NCBI GenBank assembly: GCA_964016885.1
Contig: OZ024740.1
Span: forward strand, 160,270,001 to 160,334,000
Length of the DNA stretch: 64,000 bases
From: Eledone cirrhosa
Taxonomy: Eukaryota
Reading direction: 5' to 3'
Position numbers and translations under genes: made by a program
The notes under the pieces: model-generated
Told to the model about the DNA's origin: nothing
Databases searched by the model: none
What the model saw: only the letters and a program-made list of their open reading frames with translations
In this document: piece after piece, positions 53,206 to 64,000 of the stretch
How positions within the stretch are numbered: position 1 is the stretch's first letter
Layout: every line of letters begins with the position of its first letter

Positions 53206-54189
53206 TTAATCTCCACTTTTACCATCACACACATGCACACATATACACAGAAGAGTAATAGTCTAGTTAAATCATGCATGGAAACAGTTATCAATACAAA
53301 CAGAAACTAACAGCCTGGCCTTGTCTGTCAGAAGTATTTTCAAAGCTGCTCAATTGAAGCAAGCCTGTCTAATGCCAACTCCTACCCAATACAACCCAAG
53401 TAGAATGTATTCATCTAAAAGTGTTTCACACATTTACTTTGTAGCTAACAACTTTCTTTAAAGTCTTCCGGAAGCCTCATCTTTGTCATTTACTATTCAG
53501 CAACTTTTCTCATATATTTTCCTACCTAATTATCTTTTTAGTTCTCTGATGATTTATTTCTAGTCATTGAAGCATATGTTAGTTAAGGTGTGTTTCTTTA
53601 GAATTTACATTTTCTCTGTATGTTTATTTGTTGTTATTTTTTTCTTAAACCTAGCTGTATCTACTAACTCTACATCTTTATTCTACATGATTAAAATTTG
53701 AGGCAGCCTTGGCCAGTTTTTGACTTTAGAGTAGAAGTGGCTAATTACATTTGTTCTTTGTCAGTTTTCAGCAAATTAGACACCTGTAAAGATAACTGAT
53801 ATCTCATTTCCAGTTAAATTGATTGAAAGAAGTAGCTGTAGAAGATGACAACAGATACAAATAATTCTGCCATGGAAAGGATATGAACTCATGCCCATGA
53901 GTTGATGGCTATTGTTGCTTTTCTTACTAGGCTCTCTATAAGAGAGTGTGATGATAGAAGAAGGATGAGAATGAAGGTAGTGAGAGTGGGGTAGTTAATG
54001 TGAGGGAATAAGAGGTGAGGGATTAATGGAAGAGTGTGACTGCTGTAGAGAGCAAAAGAAGAGAGACAGTAATAGGAGAGAGTTGTGAAAGTTACATTTA
54101 CTAATGAAAGACATCAAACTAAAAGTGATAGCTTAACTGAGATTAACCTTTTGGTGAAAATATTATTTATTATTATTATTATTATTATT

Positions 54190-54520
54190 GGAGGCACATG
54201 GAGGCACATGGCTTAGTGGTTAGTGGCCTTGCAATCGAAAGGTTGTGAGTTCAATTTTCAAACCGGGTGATGTGTTGTTTCCTTGAGCAAGACACTTTAT
54301 TTCACATTGCTCCAGTTTACTCAGCTGTAGAAATGAGATGATAGGGACTGGGGTCCATATCATTCCACTGCAAAGTGGTCGTGGAGGTGCCATGGCAAAA
54401 AAGCACCCAGCACTCACTGTAAATGAGGTTGGTGTTAGGAAGGGCATCCAGCTGTAGAAATCAAGCCAGAATCAGTTCCCATCCCACCCTTGCAAGCAGG
54501 GAAAAAGTGGACGTAAAATG
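54190..54520 (+). mobile_element. SINE family 2 (tRNA, CORE, RTE tail)
   Basis: Near-identical to 49255-49590. Confidence 0.82.
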
Positions 54521-54546
54521 AAAGGAAATGAAATGAATTATTATTA

Positions 54547-54963
54547 AGGGCGGAGGATTGGCAGTATCGGTAGAGGGTCAGACGTCATGCTTTGATGCAT
54601 AGAGTTACGGTCCTTGCCATTCTGAGTTCAAATCCCGCCGACGTTAACTTTGCCTTTCATCCTTTCGGGGTCGATAAAATAAAGTACCAGTAATACACTG
54701 GGTATGTGCTGGCCTTGTGCCAAATGTAGAAACAATTATTATTATCATTGGGTTGACTGTATCATTAGAGCATCGAACAAACTGCTTTGTGGCATTTAAT
54801 TATGGCTCTTTGCATTCTGAGTTCAAATTTTACCTAGATCAACTTTGTCTTTCATCCTTCTGAGGTCAATAAAATAAAGTACCTGTTAACTACTGGGGTT
54901 GGTTTGATCAACTTTCTCCTTTCAAATTGCTGGTCTTGTGCCTAAAGTAGAAACAATTATTAT
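54547..54963 (+). mobile_element. Two tandem SINE family 1 copies
   Basis: 54547-54743 (young) and about 54760-54963 (older variant), joined through (ATT)n. Confidence 0.8.
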
Positions 54964-55413
54964 TATGATTATGATTATTTTGATGGTGTAGTTAATATGA
55001 AGCATTGTGAGATATATAATAAAAGACCAATAATTTTCAAAAAGTTAGTACAATGCTGTAGAAAAATACAAAGGGCAAATGTTGGCAAATAAAACAAAGC
55101 AAAGTAATGTTTTACACAGTGTATTTTAAAATGATATTTCAGGGATAGTACCCACTTTTAAAATGTGGAGCTGAAAAAGTTCTAAAGAAAATGAGCGATC
55201 AATGTTTTCTGCCTTAACTGACATGCATATCTGAAATCTTTATAGTAACTAGGTCAGTTAAGGAAGAATACATCAATTGTTTGTTTTGTTTTGGATTGTT
55301 TCAGTTCCATATTTGAAAAGAGGGTATTAGCCCTGAAATATCATGTGGAAATACATTCATATTTTTCTCCAGCATTCTACTGGCATTTTAAGAATTATCA
55401 GTCTATCTTTCCA

Positions 55414-55556
55414 GCATAGTTACGTCCCTTTATGATCTGAGTTCAAATCCTGCCGAGGTTAACTTTGCCTTTCATCCATACGGGGTCGATAAAATAAAGT
55501 ACCAGTAATGTACTGGGTAAATGCTGGCCTTGTGCCAAATGTAGAAACAATTATTA
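55414..55556 (+). mobile_element. 5'-truncated SINE family 1
   Basis: Box B, central domain and tail; the tail hosts the Helitron. Confidence 0.8.
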
Positions 55557-56043
55557 TCTACATATCTAAAACAGAGAATGTCTGTCTGTCTGTCTGTCCG
55601 ATCACTAAATCTCGAGAACCACCCAACCAATTGTTTTCAAACTTTACACATGTAATATTTATGGGCCTGTAAGTGTTCTGAGTAAAAAATATATTTTAAA
55701 TATTCAATGCCCTACGGACCGCATTAGGCGATTTAGCGATCTCTCTCTCTCTCTTAGTCTTTCTCTTTTTAGATAGATACATAGCTATGACGTTGCGCCC
55801 TTATAATATCTGTCTGTATGCCTGTTGTCTGCATTACGACATTATGACGTAACTGTGTGTGTGTGTATGTGTGTATATATGTATATATATAGTGTGTATA
55901 TATATATATATGTTGAAGTTCTATTTAAATTGTTGGGATACAACAAGCAAATATTTTTATAACTGATATAAAGCACTCAACAAATTATTGGAGTAAAATT
56001 ACGATATATTAACAAATGGAAACTATATTTATAAAACCATATT

Positions 56044-56108
56044 TATTTCATTATACATATTTCAAGGACACCAAGTTAAATCATGGTGCGCTTTCATCAG
56101 ATAAAATA
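56044..56108 (-). ncRNA. Type I hammerhead ribozyme
   Basis: TATTTTAT-CTGATGA-AAG C GCACCA..TGGTGT C CTT-GAAA-TATGTA-TA^ATGAAATA. Confidence 0.72.
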
Positions 56109-56341
56109 TAATATAGATCAGTTTTATAAATAAATATTGACATACCCTTAGAGAATGCAACCATTTCTGTTGGAAGCTCGCGGATAGTGGGGTTATTAAA
56201 TTTATTTAGTCTGTTATGCAAATTAGTGTCGGATATGTTAAAATCACAGTAGATTTAAAATAAGCCGTTGAAGTTTCCAACAGAAATGGTCGCATTCTCT
56301 AAGGGTATGTCAATATTTATTTATAAAACTGATCTATATTA

Positions 56342-56406
56342 TATTTTATCTGATGAAAGCGCACCATAATTTAACTTGGTGTCCTTGAAATATGTATAAT
56401 GAAATA
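56342..56406 (+). ncRNA. Type I hammerhead ribozyme
   Basis: Mirror copy on the plus strand; intact CUGAUGA/GAAA core, AUA triplet. Confidence 0.72.
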
Positions 56407-56448
56407 AATATGGTTTTATAAATATAGTTTCCATTTGTTAATATATCG

Positions 56449-56484
<36 letters not shown>

Positions 56485-57537
56485 TGTAACGTTTTTCGAA
56501 ATATTTACTTCTGCGTTCACAGATTGATTTTTTTATTTTAGTTTCAGAAGATCCCGTTAAGGGTGAAAGCAGCGATTCTTTGCTTAAACTTTAATCTGCT
56601 ATTTTAATATACATATATATATATATAATTATATATTCGTGTACAGATATTTATGAATACACAATAACAAAATATAAGCAAACGTATTTATTTCACACGG
56701 CTCGATAAGGATAAATATATATCAAATATGTAAGAACCCTAGAGCAAATCCGAGCAATGCCGGGCCATTCTGCTAGTTATTATTAAAGAAAACATTTTTC
56801 ATACCTTCATATTTTTACTTCAAATTCTGCCAAGGTCATCTTTCCTCTTCATTCTTTAGGGATAGATATAATAAAGTATCAGTCATGTATTGTGGCAGGT
56901 ATCATAAATTATGCCCTCCTCCAAAATGTGTGACCCTGTGATTATGTTAGAATTGTTGGAACATCAGGTAAAACCACTTGCTGTATTTGTTCAAACCTTT
57001 ACATCTTTAATTCAAATCTCACTGAAATAAAATTTTCTTGCCATCATTTCAGAAACAGTATCAATTCAGTAGTGGGGTCAATTTAATCAACTACTCTCTC
57101 TCACCTTTCCTCCTGTTGCTAGTCTCTTGCCTAAATAAGAAACCATTATTATTATTGTTGTTGTTGACATTCTTGTCATTGTTATTACAATTGGAAAAAA
57201 GTGCAGAATAGGTTAAATATCTATTAATATTTAGAAAAAAAGGATGTGCCAGTATTGAAATGTAATGCTTATGGACGATGACAGTTGGATAAAGAAGTGC
57301 AGTCTCAGGAGAGGGCTAGTGGGCGTATGTCACAGACAAAGAAGCATAAGGAAAACTGATGGAAAAGGGGTAAAAGCTAATCTCAGATTGCTGAATCTCA
57401 TAAAAAAAGTTTAAGAAATATTAACAATTGAAAAGACACGGGGATGCAAAGTATCTTTCAATCTATGCAAACGAAGAAAAACAGACAGAAATAAACAAGG
57501 ATGATGGTTTATACTTCATACTAGAATGATAATATTA

Positions 57538-57790
57538 GTGAAGGTGCATAGCTTAGTGGATAGGCCATTTGGCTCATGGTTGTAAGATCATAAGCTTGAT
57601 ACCCATTCGTTCATAATGTTCTTGAGGATGACACTTTAGTTCCTCCAGCTTTACCAGACATATATGATGCTGAATCTTCCTGAGAACAATGTTAAGGGTC
57701 CTGCTGTCTGTAGAATGTTCGGCTACTTCTGCATTAATTGCACAAATAGACTGTTCTATTATTTGAACAAATGGAACACTCATCCTCGAA
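57538..57790 (+). mobile_element. Old CORE-type SINE
   Basis: GGTGCATAGCTTAGTGG head and a decayed core; similar to 18040-18295. Confidence 0.5.
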
Positions 57791-58939
57791 CTCAACAGAG
57801 CAGAGTTCCAGCAACAACAACAAAATGATATATAATTCTTTGCATAAGTTTTGACAAACTGTGATATATATCACTGAGTAAGATAGAAGTTCTTTTGATT
57901 TGAGGAAGAAAGGCATATGTTAGTTGATGTAACATAAATTCTACAAACCAATTTTGCCTTTTGTTATCAATCCACCTGAAATGGACCATGGTTCTATGAT
58001 ACAAAGTTGTTTGTTTGAAAATACTTATATTTATCTAAAAACTTTACATCGTAATTTCATATAAGAAACATTTTCATGTGATGTTCCAAAAACCAACTTA
58101 ATAATGAGAAAGTTAGTTATTTTACTAAATCTCTCTAAATACTTCATTATTTGAAAAACATTGAAAATCATAGGCAGTCTTTCATTAGAAATATAATAAA
58201 AAGATTAAGAAAAGTGAAATAACTATAACTGGAATGGAATCAAGCTTTCTGATTGGCTTCCACCTGTATTAATGCACATATCATTACATATGCTGCACAA
58301 ATACATATCCACACATATATACCCATGCTTATGAGTGAACAAAGCGAAAGGGAGATAAATGTGCATCAATCTTAAAGAGACTATAGAAAGCTATTCAGTG
58401 TCACTTATCATAAAAGAACTTTTGATAGGAATGGCTATTAAAGTGAACATTCAAAATAGATTTCAACCTTTAAATAAAATCAGAGTTTTGAACAAACTCA
58501 ACTGCAACGACAACGGCAGAACTGCCACCACCATCACACCATCAAAAATAACAGCAACAACTATAACTGGCACCACCACCATCACCACCAAACACTATAA
58601 ACAACAACACCATGAACTGCACCACCACAACAACAAAAACAACAGAAGTTTCAAGTGATCAGTCAAGAGTAGTTCTTCAACTTTATTAGATCAAAGGAAT
58701 TCTTTCTCAAAATGTCTTTATACAAAACTTTAATATATATATATGTATATATAAATATGTATGTATATATATGTATATATATCTATATGTGTATATGTAT
58801 ATATATCTGTATGTGTATATATATATCTATATCTATATATATATATATATATAGGTATATATATATGGGTATATATATATCTATATGTGTGTGTGTATCT
58901 ATATGTATATGTGTATATATCTATATGTATATATATATA

Positions 58940-58980
<41 letters not shown>

Positions 58981-59292
58981 ATATACATATATATATACAT
59001 ACAAGTCTATTTATCACACACACATACACATATATATGTGTGTGTGATAAGCTAACTAGAATGTACACTAAACATACTCAAGAACTGAATGAGGTTCGCG
59101 TTTGTGAGTAAACTTTTCTAAGAAGCCTGAGTTTATTTTTGTTTTGTTCATGTGTGTATGTGTGTCATACATAACATCATGTGAGAGAGAAGAAGAGACA
59201 CAGACTGTGTGTCAGTTTATCTGAAAATATAGATGGATGTGTTGTCATCATCATCATTTTTATCTGTTTTTCTGCACTTCTATGTGTGTATG

Positions 59293-59905
59293 ATCATCAT
59301 CATCATCCTCATCATCATCGTTTAGCGTCCATCTTCCACGCTTGCATGGGTTTGGTCGGGAATTTTCCCACTTGAGGCAAGATTGGTTGTCTTGCTCGTA
59401 TAGGACTGTCTGGTGGGTTTTCTACAGCTGGAAGACCTTCCTAACACCAACCACGTTTACAGTGTGGAACTGGGAGGTTTTTACCGTGTTACCTACACGG
59501 CCACATTACAGCGTGGACTCTGTGTTTTTTTGTCGTGACACCTACATGGCCTCATTTATTTCGGACTGGATGTTGTGGTACCAACATAACTTTACATCGA
59601 AAGGGGTGGTGTGGATGTGGTGGGGGTGGTGGGACGGTGGTATATTTTTGTTAGAGGTGCCTACTGACTGTAGGCTACACTTTGTACTTAGGCAAGGCGG
59701 GTCTTCTGTATTACTGTGTAGCGCCAAAGATCTCGGTCCAGTGACATTGTCTTGGAGAGGTGTAAGTGTGTGAGGTCGGAATTTATCAAGTTGTCCCAGG
59801 TTTTTCTGGGTCTGCCTACTCCGTGGCTACCGTCTATTTTTATCGGCCTGCACTTTTTTATACAGCTGTCGTCTTTCATGCGCATCACGTGACCATACCA
59901 ATGCA
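59293..59905 (-). mobile_element. RTE 3' end, subfamily A
   Basis: Highly similar to 17190-17800. Confidence 0.88.
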
Positions 59906-59941
59906 GTCTGATATATATATATATATATATATACTGTATAT

Positions 59942-60712
59942 ATCATCATCATCATCATCATCATCAATGTCCATCTTCCACGCTAGCATGGGTTAGACGG
60001 GTCCTATTTTGAGGCAAGTTGTATCAGGTGACCGTGTCACACTCATATAGGAGTGTTTCTGGCTGGTTTTCTACAGCTGGATGCCCTTCCTAATGCCAAC
60101 CACATTTACTGTGTGGACTGGGTGCTTTTTGCCATGTCTTTTACACACCCACTTTACAGTGTGGGCTGGGTGCTTTTTGCTGTATCTTTTAGATGTCCAC
60201 TTTACAGTGTGAGCTGGGTGCTTTTTGCTGTATCTTTTAGATGTCCACTTTACAGTGTGGGCTGGGTGCTTTTTGCTGTGTGTCTTTTACACATCCACTT
60301 TACAGTGTGGGCTGGGTGCTTTTTGCTGTATCTTTTACATGTCCACTTTACAGTGTGGGCTGGGGGAGAGAGTTGGGGGCATGGCATAATGTACATGTGC
60401 TTCAGCTTGTGCTCATAGGAAGTCAGGTCTTCTGTATTACTGCATATTGCCAGAGATCCCAGTCATGTGTCATCTCCTCTGAGAGGAGCAATTGCGCAAG
60501 GTCGGCTTTTATCACTTTATTCCAGGTCTTCCTGGTCTCCCCACTCTAAGGCTTCCAACGACTTTGAGCACTCTGTACTTTTTTATGCAGCTGTCATTCT
60601 TCATAAGCAACACATGTCCATATTAACGCAATCTCCTCTCCTGCACACAGCATTTGATTCCTCTTATGTTCAGTTTCTCTCTCAGTTCCTTTATGCTTCA
60701 CCGTTCTCACAT
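59942..60712 (-). mobile_element. RTE 3' end with an expanded 48-bp tandem repeat in the 3' UTR
   Basis: C-terminal coding remnant at about 60430-60712; about six copies of a CCACTTTACAGTGTGGGCTGGGTGCTTTTTGC unit at 60101-60365. Confidence 0.8.
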
Positions 60713-60739
60713 ATTACTATATACATATATATATATATA

Positions 60740-61348
60740 TAGTGGCTGCCAACTCGTTTTCGAGTATGGCCACTACTTTATATCCATGTAGGAGAACCCC
60801 TACCGATGCGCTGAACGAGTGTGACTTCTTAGTCCAGCCAGCGACTTGAAAACTTTGGTACAAACACTACACTTGCGACAATTATTGACACATAGTGCTG
60901 GGCCCATGGTACCATGTGACGACAAGTGCAGAGAGATCTCCAGATATAAAGCAATGCCTGTGCTGTGAAGCTTTTATAGTGAGCAAAGGCACTGCACAAA
61001 GCCAGTCCCACTCTCTTAACCAAGATGATATTTACCAAAAAGAAGAACAAGTCAATATCATTGGATACCGTCAGGGTTGCAGGTGTTATATCAGAGTTTT
61101 CCTTCTCCTAGAATTCTGCCTTGACAAAGGCTAAGGGATCATCTCTCCCAGTGATTTTGGATGGCCATTGACTCTTAAGAGATCCTTTGCCCTTTGACAG
61201 GTTTTGATTTTAGTCCTGCAGGATGTCCAAAGTCACCCACCTCACCAAGAAACCTTGGTGGGGTTGCCAGTTTAGTCGCCAACGACCCGACCATGAGACA
61301 GGTTGTACTGGGATACATGTTACCAGTAGCACCAACTGGTGACCTGAC
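60740..61348 (-). mobile_element. Non-coding repeat whose 5' end is shared with 50455
   Basis: TGTCAGGT..GTGCTACTGGTAACATGTA.CCCAGTACA..GGCGACTAAACTGGCAAC shared; embedded in (TA)n. Confidence 0.5.
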
Positions 61349-61579
61349 ATACACATATATATATATACATATATATATAAATTTATCTATCTATAGCATA
61401 TAGTTTCAAAGATGGTCATTCTATTGTTAAATCAACTGAACCTCCAATGTGTGAAATAACATGTAAGTGATTGAGTAATTCATTGACATGAGTACCCTTA
61501 ACAAGATTATATGGAATCATCAAGATTTCTTCATGCAAATGAAACAGTACTAGTACTGTAGAAGTCACTTCTATATAAA

Positions 61580-61773
61580 ATAATTATTTCTACTTTTGGC
61601 ACAGGGCCAGCAATTATCCCAGAGCATAACTGGTACTTATTTTATCGACCCCGTACGGATGAAAGGCAAAGTTAACCCCGGCAGGATTTGAGCACAGAAT
61701 GGAAAGGGCCTCAACTCTATGCATCAAAGCATGGCGTCCAACCTTCTACTGATACTGCCAATCCACTGCCCTT
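61580..61773 (-). mobile_element. SINE family 1
   Basis: Full copy flanked by a CTTCTATATAAAATAAT direct repeat (TSD-like). Confidence 0.85.
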
Positions 61774-62394
61774 CTATATAAAATAATGATGTCTATACTC
61801 AACCCATTTATTGAATATCTTTTGTAACTGTGGTTACTTCCCAATACCCATCAGGAAACTATTCTCAGTTATATATGTGTGTGTGTATCATATAAAATTG
61901 TATTTTCCATAGAGTAGCTGACAGGAAAATAGATGCTGACTTTCTTTTCTATACCCATTTTTCTGAGTCCATATTTGCTAATATAGTGTTAGTTCTACCT
62001 ATATAGGCTGAGTGGTGTAAATAATAGGAATGGGAAACAAGATCCCTCACAGTAGGAAACAAAACAGATGTAGGAAACCTAGGAGTCATGACCTAGATGA
62101 ACATGGTTCCCTTAAAGTGTTAGGAGGAATCAAGGATCAAAACACTTGCTTGATGGGAGTTCTTCCTTTGAAGATACTTCTGTCTGCTTGCCCCATCGTG
62201 AGTTTCTGCCTACTATATATATATATATGTGTGTGTGTGCAGTTCTGTTTACATGCCAACACAAGAGCAAGAATGAGGGGTTCATTCTACTGATATAGCT
62301 GAAAAGCGGCTGTTTGCATAATTGCAAATGAAACTAATATATTTCTTCCATATACTGTGCTGTTTGTTTTGTTATTTTTTTAATTACTTTTACA

Positions 62395-62430
<36 letters not shown>

Positions 62431-62435
<5 letters not shown>

Positions 62436-62652
62436 ATACTTTAGGAGGCTCATGCTGCCAGTAAAAACACATGCACCTGTTTGTTTTTCACTTCAATTTA
62501 TTATAAATTTCTGGTTGGTTGTTTATATATTGTCAAAGCTCTTTCATCACACATTCTGTGACCTCCTCAGTGTATGAAATTGTAACATAAGCATGATTTA
62601 TATTTAATATTTATATAATATATAATATTTGATATATTCTTTGTGTGCATTT

Positions 62653-62660
<8 letters not shown>
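62431..62660 (-). mobile_element. Penelope-like terminal fragment with degenerate HHR (62521-62580)
   Basis: Minus strand CTGAGGA-GGTCACA GAATG TGTGAT-GAAA-GAGCTTT, then AATAAA and AAGTATAACAA(TA)n as at 13.0 and 45.2 kb. Confidence 0.5.
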
Positions 62661-62716
<56 letters not shown>

Positions 62717-62853
62717 AAAGTTAAACAAGGTTCAATGAATACATAAAAAAATGAGTTTTACAATAGATTGGAAGCACTCAACAGAAAATGTTTTCCAGAG
62801 TTATTAATATTAATTCAAAATATTAACAAAATAGATGTTCTTGTGATCAATTA

Positions 62854-62920
62854 TATTTTATTATACATATTTCAGAGGTACTGAGTTAAGTTGAACAGTA
62901 CGTCCTCATCAGATAAAATA
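62854..62920 (-). ncRNA. Type I hammerhead ribozyme, same family as 56 kb
   Basis: TATTTTAT-CTGATGA-GGA C GTACTG..CAGTAC C TCT-GAAA-TATGTA-TA^ATAAAATA; flanks share AAGCACTCAACA and GACATACCCT with the 56-kb element. Confidence 0.75.
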
Positions 62921-64000
62921 GGATGATGCATGACATACCCTGACATAGTAGATGGTTAAGAATCAGTTATGGTAGTGATTAACATATGACAAAACTCAAT
63001 ATTTATACCCTAATATTGAGAAGATGAGATAACATAATACAAACAATAGAGAGGGTACGTGTGATACAGCTTAAAAAAATACAAGGCATCAATATAACAG
63101 TTAAAAAATTCTTTTTTAAAAACTACTGAAGAGAGAGAGGAAAAGGAAAGCATAGAGGAAGAAACAGCTGATGTGATAATATATTTAATAGGTGGCTCGA
63201 AAAAACCAATGAAAGATGATTAAAGAGAGAGAGAGACAAAGGGGAGTAATTTATGTTCAAGTTTATGTACAATTTTCCATATTAATTGTTGGCCGTTAAT
63301 ATTCAAAATATTTAATTTAAGTTATTTCAGAGTAATGAATAATATTTTAGGTTTTAAAAGTTAATAGGTATTTGTATTAATATTATAATTATGTTTAATT
63401 TTTAAAATTCAAATTTTATGAAAAGAAATTTAAAGGATTTACGAAACACAAGAAAGAAAATATATATAATGCTTTTATACCCTCACGAAGGTAACCTTTA
63501 CCAAAATTATTTATAATATTGACAACAGTTTATATAATACAATTCATAAAATAATTCTATTTATAATTATTAAAGAATTTATTGTTAAATAGTTTGAGTG
63601 CCTAAAGGATCAACCGGCCTTATAACTAAACTTAAAGAAGTCTGAATTTTTAATTATATATATGTGTTGATCAAAAAATATACAAGGATTATAGTTTATT
63701 ATTTGTTTATAATTGAGGTGAAACCTTTCAAATATATATAATATAAAACAATAATATAATATAGTAAATAAGTTACTGAAAATATTGTTCACAAAATATA
63801 TATAGTTAAAAAATATTGTTAAAAAATTAATATTTTATATCAATTATTTTCATTTAGTTGATATACACTATACACATATAAGTCAAAACTACATGAATCC
63901 TAATGGGCTAGATACAAAGTAAATATACAAATAAAAGATAATGAATTGTTTGCAAAACTTAAATATGCCCAATATTAAAAATATATTATAAATGTAATAG

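Larger units (their letters stand above)
56001..56449. repeat. 175-bp inverted repeat (56001-56175 / 56275-56449), 99-bp spacer
   Basis: Arms are reverse complements with two mismatches seen by eye. Confidence 0.92.
55557..56776 (+). mobile_element. Non-autonomous Helitron carrying a nested Penelope-like inverted repeat
   Basis: A|TCTACATATCTAAAA..(GTCT)n 5' end; CCGAGCAATGCCGGG hairpin then CTAG|T 3' end. Confidence 0.72.

Noticed and set aside
60101-60365. Regularly spaced repeat resembling a CRISPR array
   Set aside because: Units are contiguous with no unique spacers, lie in an RTE 3' UTR, and the DNA is eukaryotic with no cas genes.
63300-64000. Possible Penelope coding remnant (MPNIKNIL-like) at the window end
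   Set aside because: Too AT-rich and degenerate to support.

Overview
AT-rich, repeat-saturated eukaryotic DNA with no host gene I can support. The repeat landscape (tRNA-derived SINEs with (ATT)n tails, RTE LINEs with (GAT)n tails, very long (TA)n tracts) looks like an octopod cephalopod genome; this is an inference. The window contains a near full-length but internally deleted Tx1-clade LINE (about 30.0-35.4 kb) plus shorter relatives, many RTE pieces, decayed HERO, R4/Dong and CR1 LINEs, a gypsy relic, two non-autonomous Helitrons, TTAA-flanked MITEs and two SINE families, one of which borrows an RTE 3' tail. The most interesting signal is a set of type I hammerhead ribozyme (HHR) motifs in small Penelope-like or retrozyme-like elements sitting in (TA)n tracts. 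These include a 592-bp-period partial tandem element whose HHR carries a U3-A8 compensatory core, a 175-bp inverted repeat with one HHR on each strand nested in a Helitron, and a related HHR at 62.9 kb showing stem II covariation. Nearly all short ORFs in the supplied track are microsatellite or antisense artefacts. All folds and alignments were done by eye.
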